From: Macrostomum hystrix
Lineage: Eukaryota > Animalia > Platyhelminthes
Reading direction: 5' to 3'
DNA length: 64,000 bases
NCBI GenBank assembly: GCA_950097015.1
Contig: CATNEN010000001.1
Location: 24,304,001 to 24,368,000 of the forward strand
Positions 21,672 to 33,600 of this stretch are shown piece by piece. How positions within the stretch are numbered: position 1 is the first letter of the stretch; each line of letters begins with the position of its first letter. Below the pieces are notes generated by a model. That model saw only the letters and a list, made by a program, of their open reading frames with translations, did not search any database and was not told the origin of the DNA. The translations under genes and the position numbers were made by a program.

Positions 21672-24600
21672 ATGGCTGTCGCAAGCTCCAATGATGTACT
21701 AGTAAGTGATTTTATGTTTGTTGCTCTGCCTGATGCTTTTTATTGATCCAATAATATGAGCTGAAATGAGTCACCGGGGTGGAGTGGCTGGCTGGCTAAC
21801 GCGCCTCGCTTTCCCTGAGCTCAATTCCGCGGCGAGGCCACATTCACTTGGGGCGCAGCTTCAGAGAGAAGGCTTGGGGGCTTGTCGTGCAATTTGCGCC
21901 CATGAGGGCCAACCTCCAAGGCACAGTGAGAGTGTACACTGCCTGACGATGAGAAAGTGTGAGCGCGTGCCTGCGTGCAGTATCTGTGTGCGTGTGTGCT
22001 CAGGATTCAGCTTAATCAGCAGAATCAGAAGCATTGCTTCCTCGCTGGCTGCGGGTCTAGTGTCACCAAATGATGTACCACTGCCCGCAGCCCTCCTGCA
22101 ATCAAAATTAATATTTTTTTAATGCATCACTACCCGCAAAGCAGTCTAAGCGACTAAATAATACTGAATCAATGCACTTCTTTCAAATATAAAAATTTCA
22201 GTTCCTCCAGCTTGCCGAGCTGGTCCTCCAGAGTGACTTCAAGCAGGTGCGGCTTCTGGCGACGCCTCAGCTGGTCAAGAGCGCTGATGAAACACGTCGG
22301 ACCGTTCTCATGATGGCGGCCGACGCTCGTGAGACTCCGGTGAAAGCTGAAAAGTGCATCTCGTATCTGTTTGAACTGGGCGCTGATCCGGCTTGGTCTG
22401 ACGAGGCGGGTGACACGGCTGCTCACGTGGCAGCCAGGCGGGACAATCTGCGGCTGCTGGCGCTGCTGCCGTTCGACGCGAAGTGGCTGCGGAACAAGAG
22501 GAGCATGACACCGCTGATGGAGGCGGCACAGAATGGGAGTTGGCGATGCACCAAGCACCTGCTGCACCTGTTGAGGCAGCGAAGGTACAATAAGAACAAG
22601 AACAGCAGAGTGCTTCTTAAGCTTAAAGATCTTGACGGTCGTATGGCCTCTGACCTAGCGAGACAAAACGGCCACACTGAGCTGGCTAATGATGTTGACA
22701 GGTGAGTCGCAAGGCGAGATTGGTACTCAAGAAAAATCAGGACGATGGTAGGCGTCAGGCAGTCGGATTAAAGAGATTTGAGGGCTGTATGTTGCCGACC
22801 GCTTCTTTTAAGATGAATCCAGAGTTATCAGCTACATGTATTATCAGCCTTCGGAAACATAAATATCTGATTTTGCAGGGCCATGCGACTCGTTCTCAGT
22901 GACGTCGGTAGAATATCCGGTTTAACAGAGTTTGTGAGTGAAGACTGGCTGTTAGTATGGTTGCGAATGACCCCGAGAACTCACTTCTACCGCATTTCAA
23001 TTTCAGGAGGAGGCTGAGCGAAAGCACCTGGAGGACCTGGCCAAGGCCGGAAACACAAGGGACCTGTTGCTAACCGTCAACCGCGTAAACTGCGACTTGC
23101 CCGACGCCTACGGTCAAAGCGTCCTAATGTGGGCATCTCGAAGCAGTGCTTGCAGCGAGGCTGCTCTGTGGCAGCAGCTACTGAAACTGTGCGACCCCAC
23201 CTATGCCGATGTGTACGCTTGCAGCAGCCTGCACTTAGCAGCCGGCTGTGGCAATCTCATTGCTTTGGAGGCCCTACTGAGCGCTGGAGCCTCAGCGAAT
23301 GCCAAAAACGAGTACGAGTTTACGCCACTCATGTGGGCAGCCAGAGAGGCGCCGCATGCCACCGCCGCAGCAGTCGGTCAGGCTCTTCTGACTGCCGGGT
23401 CAAACTGGAGCCTGAAGAACTATATGGGTAGGACTGCCCTGGATTTGGCACTTGAGAAGGGCAAGCACGACTTGGCTGAGCTGCTGCGTGCGTGAGTTAC
23501 CGACGGAAATTGTGAAGCTTCTAAAGTTTTAGAAAATTTCACTGCATAAAATATTCAATCAATCAAATTTATCCGTCGCTTTAACAACAAACTTCAAGGT
23601 GTGAAGGGAGGAACTTTTATTTCGCGTCCCCGGAGGTGCCGTAAGTCAGAAATAAATTTACATTGATTGCATTTTACTGATTGCTTACTAAACTGGTGCC
23701 AATTGAGACGCTATGTCATAACTCTAACGTGCTTTTAACAGTATTTGCTCATTACCTTCTGATCAGCCTTTTAATAAATCATTCTAGGTCTGTGGAATTC
23801 CACCAGCAAGATTCTCCGGTGACTGAGTCATCGAGCGATCCCGAGTAAGTCAAGTACGGTTTGAACTGAGCAACTGACACCTCACTGACAGTGCAGACGC
23901 CTCACTCCACTCCAACTGAAATTACATACATCTCACTCCACTCCAACTGATATTACAGACACCTCACTCCACTCCAACTGATATTACAGACACCTCACTC
24001 CACTCCAACTGATATTACAGACACCTCACTCCACTCCAACTGATATTACAGACACCTCACTCCACTCCAACTGACAGCCACCTCAAACCTCACGGCATAC
24101 TGTCACATGCCTATTCATTGACGCATTCGAATTCTTTCAGAGAAAACTCTGCCGAAGCACCCTTTCTTGAGCGCTGGTCCAATGTGCAACTCATCGGCAG
24201 AGGAGGCTTTGGTGAAGTGCATGAAGTGCTCACAGACAAAGGTTTGAGATGTGCTGCGAAGACTCTGCGACTGCCAGTGCAGCGCGGTGATCAGCTGGAC
24301 CCTTCAAAGAAAAATGAGTTGGACAGGGCTGTTAAGGGTGAAATTAACCTGTGCCGATTGCACCACGAAAATATCGTGAAGTTTCTGCACATTACCCAGA
24401 CCGAATTTGCGACGGTGGTCCTCTTCATGGAGCTGCTGGAGGGAGAGACCCTGGAGAGAGTCATCAACGGGAAGCCACTCGAAGAATGCTCCGTTAGAGA
24501 GTTTACTGAACAGGTAAAGCCAGTAGTCAACACAGAGAAGCCACTGTTATAAGAAATGTTTCAACTTGATCCATATTTGCCTTCAGATCGGCAGTGCGTT

Positions 24601-25123
24601 GCTCTATTTGCACAGCCAAGAACCGCCAGTGATCCATCGAGACATCAACTGCAACAACACCATGCTGCTTAAAGCGAATGGAAAGATCAAGCTCATCGAC
24701 TTCGGCCTGTCAATTAAACTTGAGCAGTCAATCAGCTACCTGTCAACTTCTGCGGCTACGCCCAAAGGCACTCTAAACTTCCTAGCGCCAGAGCTGCTGG
24801 CACCAGATGATGCAGGCTATCCACGGTACGGTAAAGAGTCGGACATCTGGGCGTTCGGTTGCTTAGTCTACCAGATGGTCACAGGAAGCAAGCCGTATGG
24901 AGCAGTAAGTAACCTGTTGCAACTGGCTCGTTTTATCGACCAGAGAGGCGCACCTGAACTTCCGAACAGCTGCTCAGCTGAACTGCGACATTTCTACGGT
25001 CGTTGCACCGCTCTGGACAGCAAGAAGAGAGACACAATGGCGCAACTGATGAGCCACCAGTTCATCACTGCTGCTAGGCCTGTGGAAACTGAGTCAAATA
25101 CGGACAAAGGCTTCTCGTGCTAG
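21672..25123 (+). CDS. Ankyrin-repeat + STE11/MAP3K-like Ser/Thr kinase (7 exons)
   Basis: Phase-consistent exons 21672-21701, 22202-22701, 22879-22933, 23007-23491, 23788-23844, 24141-24513 and 24587-25123. Ankyrin motifs (GDTAAHVAA, TPLMEAA, TPLMWAA, GRTALDLA); kinase motifs GRGGFG, AAK, HRDINCNN, DFG, APE, SDIWAFGC. Confidence 0.85.
21774..22110 (+). mobile_element. tRNA-derived SINE, copy 1 (in kinase intron 1)
   Basis: Homologous to 57150-57502 on the minus strand (shared GGCCAACCTCCAAGGCACAGTGAGAGTGTAC and CTCGCTGGCTGCGGGTCTAGTGTCACCAAATGATGTAC). Confidence 0.75.
23875..24075. repeat. 31-bp intronic minisatellite (CACCTCACTCCACTCCAACTGATATTACAGA)n
   Basis: About 6 tandem copies. Confidence 0.9.
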
Positions 25124-26211
25124 AATGTCTTGAGTCAGAAAGGTGATTGTGTACTATTGACTCCGAATCCCCATTTCCAAAGGTTATAGAAACATATATA
25201 TTTGCAATCGAATGTACGACCTTTTGCCACCTCATTGTTGTGGGTACGGGATTTTAGACCAGTAACAATATGAAAGACAGCATTCGATATTTTATACATT
25301 GAGCGATGCTAAATCTCTAATATCTTTAAGTCGGACGTTGACTTAAAGGGCCGTTTATTGTTTATTTATGATATTTTTGTCAACCCTTTCAGCTTTGTCG
25401 TCTCTCGAGAAGTGCACTGTATAACTCTCTGAGACAGCCCACAGCTGCTCATAGCCCTGCATAGCTCATTTTCTATTCCACTGTTAGAAGCGTACATTTA
25501 CGTGTAGCTCTCTGGCTGAGTATTGTTGAGAAAGCTTTTTTGTGAAGGCTTTGAACAGCTGGCGTGTGATGGGTCTAGCTCTACTGTTGCTGTCCACCCC
25601 TACAACCCTGCCCCTATCATGCACGTATTTTTTTATCAAACAACTCAGCGTAAGCTCGGGTTGTGAAAGATTTCACCATGGATACGGTTAACGCGATGCA
25701 ACAGCTAATTTTGATTATTGTTCTTTTAAATAGCGTTAAATGTGTCATGACTGCTACTGAAAATAGTACGTACAGAATTGGGCCATGGAACGACTTGTTT
25801 TTTGCATCTCTCTTTGCTCGAATGGCCAATAAAAATTTGACCATATCTAAAAGCAACAGATTTTATACTTTATCATGTAAACGAGTATTCAGCGCAATTA
25901 TTTTGTGCAGAAACGTTCAAGGCTGCCACGGATCCGGGCCCCGAAACGGGATTCTGGGTTGCTGACGATATATCGACTAGTCTAACGACGTCCGACCTTA
26001 TGATAATTCAATCCGACGAATCGATTCTCTTCTAGGTGTTCCGTGTTTGTAAACTCATTAAAAGATTTTAAAACGTTAAGCATTGCGTCATCGATCGTCA
26101 AAAGCTACGAATCTGAGAGAACCATTGTAAAGAGCACTTTTGGCCATAGACACTCGTGTTAGCGGACGTATAACAGGCTGGACTTCTGTGGAAACTGCCG
26201 ATGAGTTTCAA

Positions 26212-26266
26212 GATAAGCGCAAGGACAACTTAATAACTAAGTTATTAAGTTGTCCTTGGATAAGCG
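26212..26266. mobile_element. 39-bp perfect palindrome flanked by an 8-bp TSD (DNA transposon footprint)
   Basis: GATAAGCG|CAAGGACAACTTAATAACT-A-AGTTATTAAGTTGTCCTTG|GATAAGCG. Confidence 0.75.
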
Positions 26267-27679
26267 TCAATCCTGCACCCAGTAGAGTTTAGGCGATGTT
26301 ATAATTGCCATAGACAAACATTTTCTGCCCGATTTAGTGTGCGGAATAGCCAATCCTGCGCGCATATTATATTATTATTATATTTTTTCAACAGTAGCAA
26401 TAGCCCAACTTCCGGCTCTGGCCGAACCTCCATTAGTCATGCAGCAAGACCCATCGAGTCTGAACCCTGAACTGCGACACTTAGTCAGGTGTCGGGAGGA
26501 ATCGGTATGCAGTGGCCGAGGGCACAAACTTCGGACACAATAACCCTTGGTGTTGACGATTACGCAAAATCCAAGCGAATCGACTATTGGGTAAAGATCC
26601 ATATCGAGCCTGAAATGTTTCACATCAGAGGCTTAAGTTGCAGTTTAATGAATTAAAGATCATTCATGAATCGAGACTGCATGCTGAGCTAATTACGGCT
26701 ACTAGCGGCCATGAAACCGATTATACAGATTATCGTACTTGCAGAAATCTGATCAGTCCTAATTTAACTTCAAACGCAGCAGCGTGACAAGTTAATTTTT
26801 ATTTCTCTTCGGCCATGTCCTGTACGAATGTGCATGCCCAGTCGGTCTTTTAGGCTCCCAACCAGAAGTCAGCTAGCTGAAACCGACTAATTTCACCTTT
26901 ACTTTTAGCAGTAAGTAAGCTTTACTTTCCGCCAAACCTTTAGTTTTAGCACCTGCCAGTGCGCGCAGAATCCGCGGAGGCACTAGCTTCCGTAAACCAA
27001 AAGGGAGGAGTCGGCAAGCTTCATACGAGAGCTGCCTCCACCTTGCCGCGTCGCTTTATATAAAAATAAAAACATTATAATTAATATGCCTCTGTCCGCT
27101 GCCTTTTCACTACATTCCTAGCATTTTTTCGATCCATTCATTACCGTTTTATAACTAGTATATATAGTTTTGCAATTGATTCGTTTTAAGTGCTGGTAGG
27201 CCTAACGGCGAAATGGTGTTTATTTCCTCTATATATTTTCTCTTTCGGATCTTTTTTGTTCCACTTTAACAAGGAAACGATATTATTTTTTTCTACGGTC
27301 TACGAAGAGGGAGTTACTAAAAAGTAAAGCAGTTAATCACAGTTTTTTGGGCTTTGGATTTTAATAAAAATACAACTAACTTATAAATTTCTTACGTTAC
27401 AACATTTCTTCTAAAAACGAATTACAAGTTTACTGAATGCTAACATACTAGATACTGCGCGCGAGTTGGAAGTAATTCTTCGATGTTTACATAGATTCAT
27501 CTTAAAGTTATTTAGATTAAAAGCTACTTTTAAAAATTACTTGGAAACATTTAACTTATCTGCTTTGATTTGATCTTGATCTCAAAGTTTGAGTCAAGCT
27601 AGTCCCCCCTATTAATTAAAATTTAGCAACGTTTTTACTTCAACTTCTTTCAGCAATTCTTGGTGCTTAATTGCTTAAC

Positions 27680-30600
27680 ATGGCTCAATCAATACCTATC
27701 ACCCAGCTCTCTATTCAACAACTAAGAGAAGTTTTAGAAAAGATTGATGAGGTAAGTGCTACAATTAATACTTCAATAGCTAACGTGGCTGCTAAGTATG
27801 ACAAGTAAAGAAACAATTTGCCTGTTATTTTGTACTATTTTAAACCTTTTAGACCTTCAATAATCTTCACTAGTCCTTAGGCCTACTTATTAATTGTCAC
27901 ATCTTTCCAGGACTTTACTCATATTTTTTTGATTGCCCCATATTCATACTTAAAAAGTAAAAATCTATTGTAACCAATTTAGGTAAGAGCCAGTCTAGCT
28001 TGCTCTAGGGCCTAGTCTTGTGTAGTTTTGTTTAGAAATTAGTTTATTTTTAATTCATTTTATATTATCACAAAGTGTACTTTTGGTTAGAAATAAGTTC
28101 ATTTTGAGTTTTTTGTTTCTATTAAATGATGATAATTAGCCTATTATGATAATGATTTATAAAATAGTGTTTGTACAAAGTAAAAAAAATAATTGCAAGT
28201 GTAGGGCACAAATAATATTAAAAATAATAGTGCAATATGTAAGCAGAAAATTAGCCACAGGTTGGGTTCATAAAATCCCATTGGTATTAACATGCCCAAG
28301 AACAGCTCTATTACTAGTATTAGCATCCAAGTCTCTAATTGGCAATTTTCATGATGTTGTCACTTGCATAACTGAAAACAACACCTTACATGTTGCAAAT
28401 TGTTCTAATAAGCTCTAAAGGGACACAATTTTTTAAAGATTTTTTTAACACTAGTTTTCTACCACCATTGATGGTGGGGACTATATCCATAAACATTATG
28501 GATATTTTGGCCAACTGACTATAGCCACTTTTCCCCTCATTTCAAAGTCAAAATGTTTGTAACCATGGCTGTAATATAGCAGCCATTGCAAAAACAGCAA
28601 ATAAATAAGAGAAGTACTGAAAAGTTTGCCTTTTATCTGTCAAATATCTATAAAAAGGTAAAAAAATAAAATAGGCCTAGTTATATTGGTTGATAGTCAT
28701 TTGGTCTGCCAATATATTATACAATCTATTCATCCGCTAATGTAGGCATTCATCAGAATAACTAATTATGTCATCAAGCTTTATATCAAAATATATTTGT
28801 GTTGTAGTGCTTCTTCTACAATTGCACTTTTCTAGTAATTCAAACTCTCCTCATACTGTAAGTAATTGGCCTAAACTTCTGACTTATTGCCTGTCAATCA
28901 TTTTAGAGTGACATATACATTATACCACACCCCTGCTCGGGTGGACTTATGCAAACTACAGATAGTTTGGGTAGCGTGGCTCTTTGTCACGATATTTCTG
29001 GCCTCCTGCCAGTTATATTCTAGATATTAAATCTAGTTAGATCTGGAGACAATGCTCTCAGGTGATTCAGACAAGTTTTGTCAGGTAATTCAGGCTCTCT
29101 GGCCAGTCTGTACTCGGGCTTCCCCGGATCGGTTTCAACGGCTTCCACTTACTTTAGAAATAAGTAAGGCTTTGTTAAGATTGCTCACGAGGAGAATTGA
29201 ACTGTTTCTTAATAATGGGCACGAAACGGTTACTGTCTTTATCACTTCCCGCCTCTATTTATAGCAATATTCCTAATACACTCAGCATACACACGGTATA
29301 TTTCTTTTCATCTTAACAAATAGCATAAGTCGAATATTATAAGCATACGCGTAGCATATTTTTAGCACGAATTCAAATAAAGAGTTAACATTCGTAGATA
29401 CCAAGTATAGTGAAGATAAGTAAAAATACACAAAGTTTCATAAAACATACACAAAGAAAGCAAAATACGTAGCAAAAGTTTCAGAAAGATGTTAGCTAAG
29501 GATTAACACTTTGCAGATACACAAAATAAATGTCCATAAAGAATTGATAAAACACTCAGACTGAACTCAAGTCAGAAAAGAAAAGAACTCAAACTGCGGT
29601 GGTGGTTCCTCGTAATGTATCCAGCCTAGCTGGATAAGGATCCAGCGTACCTCGATGTTTAGTAGGGTCCTGAAGGCCTGCCTGTCGCCTGCATTTAGAG
29701 CTCGCCGTATCCTGTCAGCGACCGTCTCCATGGCCGTAATGGCCCCGGCCGTGTCCGTCGCACTGCGTAGGGAGCGAATCGACGGCCATATGTGCGCCCT
29801 CTGTGGCAGTGCTTGGTCATGGCGCAGGAACACAATTTTTAGCAGATATTGCGTTAGCTTGTGCTGCGCTTTGGCCACTCGCTCTTCGCGGGTCCCGATT
29901 CTGGGTGGTGGAATCCTTGACGCAGCCGGCCGATCGGCCCGGGCGTGTGCTGCTGCAGACCGCGGTGGCCAATTATCCTCCAGCGTAGATGACTTCTGAG
30001 GCCGTGGAGCCAGCGGCTGGCGTGACGGTGGTCTGTACACTGTTGATTGCGGCTTTGGTTGTTGCACCACCTTTGTCTTCTGTGATGGTCTATGCGCAGG
30101 TGGCTGCTGCAATAGCACTGTAGGTCTACGAATCTCGGCTGTAGATATTGGCAGCCTAGAGACTCGGCTTTGCGGCGATCCTCGTGGCCGATTCTCTGGT
30201 TCCAGCCGCGGGCTTGAGGTTCTCATCCGCTTGACAGCCGTGCCCTTATAGGCAGGTGGTTTCGGCCGCGTGGCCTGCCGCAGCGGAGCGGCCAATTCGT
30301 TGCGTGGCGTGGTGTCAACCACATTGCATTCGCCTATTGGCGGCTCAGTTTCGCTGCCTGCTGGCAGGACTTCCACACTCACTCCTGTGAATTCATTTTG
30401 AACTTCATTACAGTCAATGAGTTCTTGTAAGAAATCACTCAGTGAGGTAATTTCGGCCATTATGGCGAGTTGGCTGTATGTCTCAGTAGAGCACTTAGCT
30501 AGCGCAACCCTTGTTCCGAGGTGGCCCTTTATATAGTCACAAAATGGGCGAGTGCCTGACCAATAGGATGCCGAGATTTTGTTTACAATGAGGATATCGA

Positions 30601-33600
30601 GGTGTATACAAAATATACCAAATAATATGCGGAGAGTATTTAAAATATTTTCGTGACACAGTCTTATCGTAGGAATTACACAACAATACAAATTTGATAC
30701 ACGCAAGATATATTAGCGATATAGGTATCGCCAGATTACACAATAATACACGGAGAATATGTGAGCAATATCATCACCCATTGGCTTACTGGCCTGGGGT
30801 GGTGGGCGTTCGCCTATTGTTTTTGAAAGCGAGCACGCTTAAGCTTGGGCACGAGATCACCGCATGTCTGCGTGATGCGTGGGGTCAGGCGTGGCCTGAG
30901 ATTATAGGCAACTCGATCTGTTAAGTCCTCGGGGATTTCTTCATTTTCCTCCGAGCTTTCACTGGTATCGCCCTCTGGCGATTCATTTTCCTCGTGCGGG
31001 TCAAAACTTTCCCTGCCACGGGCAGACCATCTAATTCTTTCTTCAGAGCTTAACTCACCATCTGACACGTCCGGCAATTTGTCTGGCGGCTTTTTGCGCT
31101 CTGGCTGCCTCCTCTTAATGCCTTGCTCTGCGGGCTTGGCCTTTGCTTTAGGAGCGCCATTTTTCTTCACAATTTCTTCAATAATTGTCAGTGAATTCGG
31201 AACAGCATTGACATTAATTCGATATAATAACAGTTTTGGTCCTTGTTTGTCTTGAAACAAGCGCTGGCTTGTTAATGCAGACTTTCGTTTTGACCTGGTC
31301 TTTCTTTTTCTCTTCTCATTCCTTACAGTCTGGCATCCTTTCTCATGGACACGTGGCAACTGTCTGGTTGAGATTCTATTTACTTCTTCTGTTTTGATTG
31401 CTTCTGACGGCCTTCTGGACAATCCATCAGCATTAGAGTGCTTGGCTCCACTTCGATGCTCAATATTGAATTGGAACTCACTAAGCCTCTCTATCCATCT
31501 GCCTAGGATGCCCTGTGCCTCCGTCTGTCTCAAAAGCCATAGAATTGCTTTGTGATCCGTTCTGGCTAAGAATTTCTTGCCAATCAGGTAGAAGCGAAAA
31601 TGCTTCATCCCATCGACCAAAGCGAGCAACTCTTTTTTGGTAATCGGATAACGTTTCTCCGACTCCTTCATTGCGCGGCTAAAATAAGCGATGGGCCTTT
31701 CTACGCCATCCGCCTGGATCTGACCCAGGCAAGCGCCGATTCTATCGTCGCTGGCGTCAGTGTCTAGCACCATCCTCACATTTTCATTATCAGTGATTTC
31801 CGGATAAGCGAGCACTTCAGTGGAAGTCATTCTTTGCTTCAGTAGCTGAAATGCCGCATCATGACTACTGTTCCATTTCTCTTTAAAGTTCTGAATGTTC
31901 TTCTTTGTCAGTTGGAAAAGTGGATGTGCTGCCTCTGCATAATTTTTTACGAACCTACAATAATAATTACACAGGCCTAAGAAGCTTCGCAGTTCTTTCA
32001 CATCCCGCGGCATTGGCCATGATGCAATTGCTTCGATCTTAGCAGGGTCAGTTCTAATTCCATACTTTCCGATGACATGACCTAAATACTGCAATTCTTG
32101 CTGAAACAGAAAACATTTCTTGGGCCTTAGTTTGAGCCCGGCAGAAATGATTCTTTTGAAAACTTCGGCTAAATGCTGCAGATGTTCCTCAAATCTTTTT
32201 GAATAGGTGATGATGTCATCTATATAGGACATGGCATACCGATGCTGGATACCTTCTAGCACTGTATTCATCAATCTTTGAAAGGTGCCAGGGGCATTGG
32301 ACAGCCCTTGCGCCATCACTTGGTATTCAAATTGACCTCGGGTCAGCGTGGAGAATGCAGTCATATGCTTGTGTTCTTCCTTGATCGGTACTTGCCAATA
32401 ACCCGAATTCAGGTCAAGGCTGCTGAAGAACTGACTGCCCGTCAGATGAGAAAACGTTTCTTGGATGTTAGGCAACGGATAAGGATAATAGTGTACTCGT
32501 GAATTCAGTACACGAAAATCACTCACTATCCGAAGCGTCCCGTCTTTCTTCGGCACAATTACCAACGGTGTCGAATAGGTACTGTAGCAAGGTCGGATTA
32601 AGTTCTTTGCCAACATGTCATCTAACTGCTCATCGACCTGCTTTTGAAGGTGTGGCGGAATCCGTCGTGTCGGTATTCTGACTGGCGTGGTGTCCTGTAG
32701 CACGATTTCATGAGTTATTAAATGGGTTAGACCCATTTCTCGGCTATTCTGCGAAAAAGCCTTTCGGTTGTCTTTGATTAATTGTTTGACCTGTTCTTGT
32801 TGGATGTCGGACAGTTCTTTGTCTAAATGGATTTCCTTTATCCATTCATCTGATTCTTCTTTGACGCTTCCGATTCGTTCTGTTTCTTTATCGCATTCAA
32901 TATAATAATTCAAATTCTTTGACTTCAGCGGCTTGGCTAAACCAATTAGAGATGATTTCGGTATATTGATTTCGTAGTTATGTTTATTCACAACTTCCAC
33001 TACTCCTGTTCCATCGATCATAGTAACTAACGTAGGAGTTACTCCTACTGATCCTTCTTTTAATTGAATCTGATCGTTGATTGCTTCTATAGTCATGGGT
33101 GTTCCATAATTTCTTTCATAGTTAGTTGCTAATCGCACAGGGATCTTCAGAGCGCTGCTAGCCGGCACGGTTATTTTCTCCTGGCTGTAAACTCTGCATA
33201 TTCGCACAGGCAGTTTAGTAAATTGAATAGGCAGACATCTTCCATTCTTTAAAACCACCATTCCTTGACTAAAATTGATATTATTACAATATTTCAAGAA
33301 AAACTCCATTCCTAAAATATCGTCACTCTCGTGGTCACACAACAGGAATAGTGTACTGATACTGATATCGCCAAAGTTTAATATTGTTGTTACTTCACCA
33401 ATAATTTCCACTTCTGAACTGTCGAAAGTTGTTACTCGTCTATTTGAATCGTTAATTTCTTCTTTGTGGAACGTGTTCTTCCATGAGCTTCGACTTAAAA
33501 AGTTATGTCCAGCACCGGTGTCTAGTAAAAAGTTTAGCGACTTTCCTCTAATTTCTCCTTGTAATATTGCTTCCCGACCTTTAATCTCTATATTAGTTGA

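Noticed and set aside
25900-26560. Possible extra exons of the kinase gene (AARPIESEP resembles AARPVETES)
   Set aside because: Could not build a phase-consistent splice path, and the kinase exon already ends in a stop.
29052-29264. Identical 70-aa ORFs at 29052 and 35092
   Set aside because: They are simply the two LTR copies.
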